From Aggregatilineales bacterium (GTDB taxonomy: Bacteria > Chloroflexota > Anaerolineae > Aggregatilineales > J027): a stretch of DNA of 64,000 bases. Location: the NCBI GenBank assembly GCA_965215855.1, contig CBDCER010000003.1:3467201-3531200 (forward strand), given 5' to 3'. Every line of letters begins with the position of its first letter. The stretch's first letter is position 1. The notes beneath the pieces were generated by a model, which saw nothing but the letters and a program-made list of their open reading frames with translations, searched no databases and was not told where the DNA came from. Positions 57,879 to 64,000 of the stretch are shown piece by piece. The position numbers were made by a program, and so were the translations under genes.

Positions 57879-59340
57879 CAATACCTTCGCCAAAAATGAG
57901 GGATTGAAAGGGCTTTAGCGTCGTGTAAAGTTGTTTGCGTAAACATCAAAGCCAACAAGACATGACGAAGAAAGCCCATGATTGATATTGTAACACTTTT
58001 GCTCTGCCTTGAGGCACACGTATCGCCAACAACCATACGACAACTGAGCCGGATTATCCCAGCTATTCTAGCGATGACGGGGCGGGTCACGATGCTGGGT
58101 ATTTCACGGTGGGCCGACAAGGGCGGGAGCTATCGGACGATACAGCGATTGTTCCACACGGTGCTACCTTGGGCAGACCTGCATTGGACATTTTTTCGCC
58201 AACACGCACTCAACCCAGCAGATGAGTACCTATTGGCAGGCGATGAATGCGTCGTAACGAAATCCGGCAAGAAGACGCATGGGGTAGATCGCTTCTTTTC
58301 GGGATTGTACGGGAAACCAGTGCCGGGCGTGGCGTTCTTCGGACTATCACTGATTAGTACTGAGGAACGGCGGGCCTATCCGAGCATGGTGGAGCAACGG
58401 GTACGAAGCGAAGCCGAAAAGACAGCGGCCAAAGCAGTCAAGAAAAAGACCAAGAAGAAACAGAAAAGAGGCAAGCCAGGACGTCCCAAAGGCAGTAAGA
58501 ACAAGGATAAGACCCAGGTGGAACTGACACCGGAATTACAACAAATTCAACAGATGGTGCAACGGCAATTGGCACTTATCAAGGATACGATCAAGGTGAC
58601 TTATCTGGTACTGGATGGGAAGTTTGGCAACAATAATGCCCTGCAAATGACCCGACAATGTGACTTGCACCTGATTTCCAAAATGCGCTATGACGCGGCG
58701 TTGTACATCCCCTATGCTGGCCCACAACTGCCGCGTGGTCAGCGGCGCAAGTATGGTGATAAGATCAACTATCAGGCTATTCCCGATGATTACTTGAAGG
58801 AAACCACCCTGGAAGATGGTATCCAAACCCAAACCTTCCAGGCAACGTTGCTCCACAAAGACTTCGCTCAACCCCTCAATGTTGTTATCATTGTCAAAAC
58901 GAACCTGAAAACCGGTAAACAAGCGCGGGTGATCCTGTTCAGTAGTGACCTCAGCTTAACTTATGATCGCTTGATTGACTACTATAGCCTACGCTTCCAG
59001 ATTGAATTCAACTTCCGCGACGCCAAGCAGCACTGGGGTCTGGAAGACTTCATGAATGTCACCGAGACGGCGGTCACCAACGCCGCCAACTTGTCCCTCT
59101 TTATGGTCACCCTCGCACGGGTGCTGCTACGCCAACTCCATCCTCAGTATCCCGATGCCAGTGTCTTGGACCTCAAAGCCCTCTTTCGTGGTCGCAAATA
59201 TGTCGCTGAAACATTAAAATTACTTCCAGAAATCCCTGATCCTATTTTATTGGATCGTATCTTCAACACGGTGGCGTCTCTCGGTGCTATTCATACCACT
59301 GAACGCTGCCTCAATTCGCCATAATTTGGCGAAGGTATTG
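57879..59340 (+). mobile_element. Insertion sequence, copy 2 (same family as 19608..21049), intact
   Basis: 1462 bp with the same 16-bp terminal inverted repeats (57879-57894 and 59325-59340). It is flanked by the 6-bp direct repeat TTCGTT (57873-57878 and 59341-59346). Confidence 0.9.
57978..59324 (+). CDS. DDE transposase (IS701/IS4-superfamily-like), full length
   Basis: 448 aa, collinear with the copy-1 protein but retaining GSKNKDK. Multiple substitutions show the copies are diverged. Confidence 0.85.
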   Translation: MIDIVTLLLCLEAHVSPTTIRQLSRIIPAILAMTGRVTMLGISRWADKGGSYRTIQRLFHTVLPWADLHWTFFRQHALNPADEYLLAGDECVVTKSGKKTHGVDRFFSGLYGKPVPGVAFFGLSLISTEERRAYPSMVEQRVRSEAEKTAAKAVKKKTKKKQKRGKPGRPKGSKNKDKTQVELTPELQQIQQMVQRQLALIKDTIKVTYLVLDGKFGNNNALQMTRQCDLHLISKMRYDAALYIPYAGPQLPRGQRRKYGDKINYQAIPDDYLKETTLEDGIQTQTFQATLLHKDFAQPLNVVIIVKTNLKTGKQARVILFSSDLSLTYDRLIDYYSLRFQIEFNFRDAKQHWGLEDFMNVTETAVTNAANLSLFMVTLARVLLRQLHPQYPDASVLDLKALFRGRKYVAETLKLLPEIPDPILLDRIFNTVASLGAIHTTERCLNSP

Positions 59341-59596
59341 TTCGTTGTGAAAGGTTTTTTTGCAAATATGTGGCGGGAATTTTCTGAGAAGTCGCGCATG
59401 AAATGAATGCGAAAATGCGTGAAAAACGGGGGCAAAAGTCGGTCAAAACCTTGACAAAATGCGACAAACTGACACCAAATTAGTCAGGTTTTGAGGCAAG
59501 GTCTGGTCTGAATGCACACATCTGGCGACAGTTCGGGTGTGGATTGAAAACCAGAGTGAGTGCGACTTCTTGCCGCACTCTTATGTTACAGAAATG

Positions 59597-60196
59597 TCAA
59601 TTGGGGAGGTTGCTCTGAATCTGCGATACAAGTTCATCAGTTTCAACGTACATGACACCACCATTCTCTGGCGCACCGTAGTCGCGTATCCAGGCAACCG
59701 TGCCATCGGTATTAACCAGAATGAAGGTGTGGCCGGGTTCGCCACTGGGAACGGCCCATTGCAATACATCATAGTCAGCCGATACTTGTTGCGTGGTATC
59801 GGTTAGTAGCGGAATAGTGATGTTCAGGTCTGCTCTCGCCGCCGCCAGTTCTTCGGGAGAATCGAAGGCGATGCTGACGAAAGCGACGTTCAGTGCCTGG
59901 AATTCCGGATCATTTTGCAGATCAACGATCTGCGTCAGGCATGGCGGTCAACCGACGGCCATGTGGAAGTAGAGCAAAACGGGCTGTTGGCCTTTGTATT
60001 CAGCCAGGGATACAGTTCCGCCGCTGGCAGCAGGCAGCGCGAAATCTGGGGCTTCATCACCGACCGCTAGGTTTTGGGATTGTACAGGCGAATTCGACTC
60101 ATTGGTGTCTTCGGAGTCGTCATCACCGCAACCTGCCATTACAAAGCCAAGTAAGGTTAGCAAGGCCAGTAAAGATAGTAAGGGGATTTTTCTCAT
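59597..60196 (-). CDS. thioredoxin-fold (TlpA/redoxin-like) lipoprotein with in-frame TGA at the first position of the CPPC motif: candidate selenoprotein (alternatively a nonsense pseudogene)
   Basis: It has a lipobox LLGFVMAGC. VGDEAPDFALPAASGGTVSLAEYKGQQPVLLYFHMAVG-TGA-PPCLTQIVDLQ... is followed by 117 further sense codons in the same frame, to the TGA at 59597-59599 (hand translated). The internal TGA is at 59948-59950. Confidence 0.55.
59917..59933 (-). promoter_or_regulatory. SECIS-like hairpin downstream of the in-frame UGA
   Basis: On the mRNA the hairpin is GCAGAUC-GUU-GAUCUGC, a perfect 7-bp stem with a 3-nt G/U-containing loop. It begins 14 nt after the UGA. Confidence 0.45.
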
Positions 60197-60280
60197 GAAG
60201 TAGGTATCCTTAAAACTACATTGCCTCCAAGAAATCAGATTGTAAGGAATATTTCGCCAAAGAAAAGATGGATTCCGTTC

Positions 60281-60949
60281 TTAATGTTGGGCTAATGTGA
60301 ATGGCACGGCAAGTGGATCCAATTTGTCTGGATAGCCCTCAGCACGATAGCCCATGATGAATCCGGTATGCTGCTCGACTGAAAACGGCCAGGGAGTGAC
60401 ATGAATCCGACCGCTTTCGAGAATTTCATAGCTAAGTTCACAGGTTTTGAGGTTGTCGCGCTGGAAGTTGACGGATACTTGGGCCGTCGTTGGCGCTTCA
60501 AATGATAAATGGAATGCGACCATATCACAGAAATCGGTGATGGAATCCGCCCAACGGAAGTCATTGGGTGTCCAGTCTGTTTGGGCAATACACTCGGCGA
60601 TGCGGGTATCTAGATCATCAGCCAGTTGGCGTCTATCTAGGGTATCTTGATGCCCAACCAGCCGCCGGACATGGCTGAAGACTATCGCATCGACTACTGG
60701 ATCATTGCTGCCATAGTTCAATGCCTTTTGTTTGATCGCCAGCCATGTTGAAGCATCCATGCCCATGATGGGATGGTTGTCGATCAGATCATATTCACGG
60801 TCGTGCAGAAGGACGCCATTGATGAATGAGGCAAAAGGCAGGACAGGACGATCAAACGCATCACTGCCCCATAGCATGGCTAATGTGCCAGCCAGCCGGG
60901 CATGTTCAGATTGTGGGATAATCACATTGCGGATTTTGGATCGGAACAT
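60281..60949 (-). CDS. hypothetical protein, HD-like metal-site pattern (possibly DUF3891-like)
   Basis: 222 aa. N-terminal IPQSEHARLAG ... GVLLHDREYD gives an H...HD arrangement. The family name is from memory only. Confidence 0.45.
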   Translation of the reverse strand: MFRSKIRNVIIPQSEHARLAGTLAMLWGSDAFDRPVLPFASFINGVLLHDREYDLIDNHPIMGMDASTWLAIKQKALNYGSNDPVVDAIVFSHVRRLVGHQDTLDRRQLADDLDTRIAECIAQTDWTPNDFRWADSITDFCDMVAFHLSFEAPTTAQVSVNFQRDNLKTCELSYEILESGRIHVTPWPFSVEQHTGFIMGYRAEGYPDKLDPLAVPFTLAQH

Positions 60950-60985
60950 AGGGTGGATTCTCCAAGTAGTCGGGAGTTGGTCTGT

Positions 60986-61291
60986 TCAAGCCATGTGTTG
61001 GGCGATGATTTGTGTAATGAGAGCCTGATCTGGCGCTCGATAGGCAGCGAAATTCGTAGGTTCCTGGCTATAATTCAGTAGGAGGTGTGCCCGGCGATCA
61101 TCCGCGAACGTGGTCTGATAGAACGCGCAAAAGTCTACTGTCACCGTATCCGCTATACGGTTGAGGGCGCTTTTCAGGTGGGTGATATGGTCGGCATGAA
61201 GGGTCAGCCAGCCACCTGTTGTATTTTGGAACAGGCTATTGTCGTGGGCGTTTACAACAGGATAGGGGGTGTGGTTCAAATGTATCACCAT
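60986..61291 (-). CDS. hypothetical small protein
   Basis: 101-aa ORF with no recognisable motif. Its start lies 18 nt from the terminus of IS copy 3. Confidence 0.35.
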   Translation of the reverse strand: MVIHLNHTPYPVVNAHDNSLFQNTTGGWLTLHADHITHLKSALNRIADTVTVDFCAFYQTTFADDRRAHLLLNYSQEPTNFAAYRAPDQALITQIIAQHMA

Positions 61292-61308
61292 AAACCCATC
61301 ATAGCATA

Positions 61309-62772
61309 CAATACCTTCGCCAAATTATGGCGAGGTGGAGTGACACGCAACGGTATGGATAGCACCGAGAGATGCCACCGTGCTAAAGATGCGATCCAAT
61401 AAAATAGGATCAGGGATTTCCGGAAGTAATTTTAATGTTTCAGTGACATATTTGCGACCACGAAAGCGGGCTTTGAGATCAAGGATACTGGCATCCGGAT
61501 AATCTGGGAAAAGGAGGCGGCGTAGGATACGGGAGAGCGTGACCATCAAGAAAGATAAGTTGGCAGCGTTAGTGACCGCTGTCTCAGCGACATTCATGAA
61601 ATCTTCCAATCCGAAATGCTGTTTGGCATCGCGGAAGATGAACTCAATCTGGAAGCGCAGGCTGTAGTAGTCAATCAAGCGATCATAAGTTAGGTTGAGG
61701 TCACTGCTGAACAAAATCACACGCGCCTGTTTCCCTGTTTTCAAGTCTGTTTTGACGATGATAACGACGTTGAGGGGTTGGGCGAAGTCTTTGTGAAGCA
61801 ATGTTGCCTGAAAGGTCTGGGTTTGGATATCATCTTCCAGGGTGGTTTCCTTCAACTAGTCAGACGGGATAGCCTGATAGTTGAGCTTATCACCATATTT
61901 GCGACGTTGACCATACTTAGATTGTGGGCCAGCATAGGGTATATACAACGCCGCATCATGACGCAATTTGGAGATCAAATGCACGTCACATTGCCGGGTC
62001 ATTTGCAGGGCATTGTTGTTGCCGAACTTACCATCCAACACCAAATAAGTCACCTTAATCGTGTCCTTGAGCAATGCCAATTGTCGCTGCACCATGCACT
62101 GAATCTGCTGTAGCTCCGGGGTCAACGCCACCTGTGTCTTATCCTTGTTCTTACTGCCTTTGGGACGTCCAGGCTTGCCTCTTTTTCGCTTCTTCTTGGT
62201 CTTTTTCTTGGCTGCTTTGGCGGCTCTTTTCTCAGCCTCACTGCGTACCCGTTGCTCCACCATGCCCGGATAGGCTTGCCGTTCTTCAATACTTATCAGT
62301 GATAGCCCGAAGAATGCCACGCCCGACACTGGTTTCCCGTACAATCCCGAAAAGAAGCGATCCACCCCATGGGTCTTCTTGCCCGATTTTGTCACGACGC
62401 ATTCATCGCCGGCCAGTAGGTACTCATCTTCCGGGTTGAGGGCGTGTTGGCGAAAAAATGCCCAATGCATCTCTGCCCACGGTAGCACTGTGTGGAACAA
62501 CCGCTGTATCGTCCGATAGCTCCCGCCTTTATCAGTCCATCGTGAGATACCCAGCATCGTAATCCGCCCTGTCATCGCCAGCATGGCTGGGATAATCCGG
62601 CCCATTTGTCGTAGGGTTGTCGGCGATAGGTGTGCCTCAAAGCAGAGCAATAGTGTTACAATATCAATCATGGGCTTTTTTCGTCATGCCTTTTTGTCTT
62701 CATGCGTTTATGTAGACAACTTTACACGACACTAAAGCCCTTTTAATCCCTCATTTTTTGGCGAAGGTATTG
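61309..62772 (-). mobile_element. Insertion sequence, copy 3 (inverted relative to copies 1 and 2), transposase inactivated
   Basis: 1464 bp with the same 16-bp terminal inverted repeats (61309-61324 and 62757-62772). It is flanked by the 6-bp direct repeat AGCATA (61303-61308 and 62773-62778). Confidence 0.9.
61325..62671 (-). pseudogene. DDE transposase pseudogene (single in-frame nonsense codon)
   Basis: The two ORF-track pieces (61856..62671 and 61325..61855) are contiguous and in the same frame. ...AIPSD-TAG-LKETTLED corresponds to ...AIPSDYLKETTLED in copy 1, a TAT>TAG change at 61856-61858. Confidence 0.85.
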
Positions 62773-62849
62773 AGCATATTTAGCGAATTTCGATGTTATA
62801 ATATGCTCATCGTTGATTAATAAGATGGGGATATGGCCCCAGGAAGGAC

Positions 62850-62994
62850 GTGACAACATCAATACTCACTTGTTCCGAACATTTTTCCGATCTAGCTCTG
62901 AATGAGATTGCCCGCGTACATCCCGCTATAACTGTATTGGATAATGTTGCTCCCGGCTGCATCCTGATACAGTCCCCGACATCTTTCACCCAAC
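62850..62994 (+). pseudogene. 5' fragment of an unidentified gene truncated by the IS3-family insertion
   Basis: The GTG start is preceded by AGGAAGGA. MTTSILTCSEHFSDLALNEIARVHPAITVLDNVAPGCILIQSPTSFTQ then runs into IS3-like terminal sequence. Both the identity and the truncation point are uncertain. Confidence 0.3.
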
Positions 62995-63079
62995 TGACAC
63001 TATACTTACCCCCAAAAACTAGACCACAAGGATAACTCGTTTTGAGGATAAAATCAGAGCAACTTGTGGAGAGAAAAAG

Positions 63080-63373
63080 ATGAGTAGAAAACGACGAGCA
63101 TACAGCGCCCAGTTCAAGTTCCGGGTGGCAATGGAAGCGATCAAAGAAAAAAGAACGGTCAATGAGATCGCCAGCGAACATCAGATTCATCCAACGCTGG
63201 TGCGTGACTGGAAAAGGCAATTGCTCAATGGCGGAGCCAGCGTTTTTGAACGGGGAAACAAAACACAAAAACAAAAGGAAACAGGTGTTCCTGAAGCGGA
63301 ATTATACGAACAGATTGGGCGGCTCAAGATGGAACTTGAGTGGCTGAAAAAAAAAGTTACCCCCTACAGTTGA
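63080..63373 (+). CDS. IS3-family transposase OrfA (HTH)
   Basis: 97 aa. RRAYSAQFKFRVAMEAIKEKRTVNEIASEHQIHPTLVRDWKRQLL plus a leucine-zipper-like C-terminus (LYEQIGRLKMELEWLKKK). Confidence 0.88.
   Translation: MSRKRRAYSAQFKFRVAMEAIKEKRTVNEIASEHQIHPTLVRDWKRQLLNGGASVFERGNKTQKQKETGVPEAELYEQIGRLKMELEWLKKKVTPYS
63347..63355 (+). promoter_or_regulatory. A9 homopolymer at the orfA/orfB overlap (programmed frameshift / transcriptional slippage site)
   Basis: CTG-AAAAAAAAA-G. The orfB frame opens immediately after the TGA at 63345-63347 and is +1 relative to orfA. The -1 frame closes at the TGA at 63388-63390. Confidence 0.6.
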
Positions 63374-64000
63374 GGCCAAACGGGCGATGATAGACAACCA
63401 GCATCCTGACATCAGTATTCGGCGGCAGTGCGCCTTGGTGGGTCTCAACCGCGCAACATATTATATGAAACCAGCGGGGGAAACACCCTTCAATCTGCAA
63501 CTGATGCGGCTAATTGATGAACAATATCTGAAAACGCCCTTCTACGGGTACCCTAAAATGACCGTCCATTTACGGCGGCTGGGACATCTAGTCAATCCCA
63601 AGCGTATCGCCCGCTTGATGCGGCTGATGGGTTTACAGGCTATTGTTCCCAGACGGAAGCTGACCCAGCCGGCACCAGGCCACAAGATTTATCCCTACCT
63701 GCTGCGAAACGTGGCGATCACCCGCCCTAATCACGTCTGGAGTACCGACATCACGTATGTGCCCTTACAGCAAGGATTCATGTATCTGGTGGCTATTATC
63801 GATTGGTTTAGCCGCTATGTACTGGCCTGGCAGCTATCCAACACGCTGGAAGGCAGCTTTTGCCTGGCGGCCCTGGAATTAGCACTCCGCCAGCACACAC
63901 CTGAGATCTTCAACACCGATCAGGGCGCTCAATTTACAGCGGATAAGTTTACCGGACGTTTGCAGGCGGCGAATATTGCTATCAGCATGGATGGGCGCGG
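63348..64000 (+). CDS. IS3-family transposase OrfB (DDE integrase core), partial
   Basis: Hand translation gives ...KRAMIDNQHPDISIRRQCALVGLNRATYY...NHVWSTDITYVPLQQGFMYLVAIIDWFSRYVLAW...IFNTDQGAQFTADKF...AISMDGR. It shows the first two catalytic Asp contexts (STDITY and NTDQGAQF). There is no independent start codon. Confidence 0.85.

Larger units (their letters stand above)
62995..64000 (+). mobile_element. IS3-family insertion sequence, partial (runs off window end)
   Basis: orfA and orfB have the typical IS3 arrangement. The left boundary is not resolved: TGACAC... at 62995 and TGAGG... at about 63043 are both TG-initiated candidates. The right end lies outside the window. Confidence 0.8.

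Noticed and set aside
59341-59596. Possible small RNA or degenerate repeat array in the 256-nt gap between IS copy 2 and the redoxin gene (recurrent GCGAAAATGCG / GACAAAATGCGACAAACTGACA-like words). A hairpin GAGTGCG-N9-CGCACTC lies just downstream of the redoxin stop.
   Set aside because: The word repeats are short and imperfect and have no regular period. The hairpin is not followed by a U-tract on the minus strand, so I cannot support a terminator or sRNA call.
57879-62772. Composite transposon formed by IS copies 2 and 3 moving as a unit.
   Set aside because: Each IS is flanked by its own matching 6-bp duplication (TTCGTT and AGCATA), and the outermost flanks differ. This indicates two independent insertions rather than one composite event. 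The geometry is kept as a finding only for its rearrangement potential.
62807-63274. 155-aa minus-strand ORF spanning the stump gene and IS3 orfA.
   Set aside because: It is antisense to the well-supported IS3 OrfA and crosses the IS boundary. It has no motif or RBS, so I treat it as spurious.
1-64000. CRISPR arrays, rRNA genes, reverse transcriptase/retron or DGR elements, and classic type II toxin-antitoxin pairs.
   Set aside because: I saw no regularly spaced short direct repeats, no rRNA-like sequence and no RT motif (YxDD) ORF. There are also no small adjacent ORF pairs with TA-like features. The only repeats are the IS copies, the LTD duplication and protein-level SH3b/WD40/TPR repeats.

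Overview
64-kb chromosomal segment with roughly 50% GC by eye. The gene content fits an environmental monoderm-type bacterium: an LPXTG-like sorting signal, SH3b repeats, many secreted peptidases, and no outer-membrane partners next to the RND pump. My guess is Chloroflexota, but I cannot verify that here.

Most of the window is ordinary housekeeping DNA:
- a tandem dynamin-like GTPase pair, and a HAD / DsbA-like / M19 dipeptidase group
- an orphan OmpR-type response regulator
- a complete livJHMGF-type amino-acid ABC operon
- rpiA, dcd and glycerate kinase; bcp
- an M1 peptidase followed by two S41 peptidases and smpB
- trpS, tRNA-Leu(GAG) and tRNA-Arg(TCG)
- an ExeM/NucH-type surface nuclease
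- a FecB/BtuF-type ABC importer, and pfkA

Two accessory patches stand out.

1. About 17.2-27.0 kb. This patch holds a tyrosine recombinase, one copy of a 1.44-1.46 kb IS, and a tight minus-strand operon. The operon encodes a 1261-aa polymorphic-toxin-like protein, followed by a WD40 protein and an FHA protein. The toxin has an N-terminal LQRxxGNxA leader motif, low-complexity and helical regions, and a C-terminal HNH nuclease. GC drops sharply at the toxin tip and stays low through the WD40 gene.

2. About 57.9-64.0 kb. This patch holds two more copies of the same IS, giving three in total. Each copy has 16-bp terminal inverted repeats and its own 6-bp target duplication, and one copy is inactivated by a TAT>TAG nonsense change. 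There is also a partial IS3-family element whose orfB lies in the +1 frame across an A9 run. Between the inverted IS copies sits a thioredoxin-fold lipoprotein gene. The first Cys codon of its CPPC motif is an in-frame TGA, with a perfect hairpin 14 nt downstream. I rate this candidate selenoprotein as the most interesting signal in the window.

Other oddities:
- an RND permease with about 590 extra residues in its first extracytoplasmic loop
- an RRM + PHAX-like RNA-binding fusion
- an HTH-STAND-TPR protein
- a secreted alpha/alpha-toroid repeat protein leading the ABC importer operon

I saw no CRISPR array and no rRNA.
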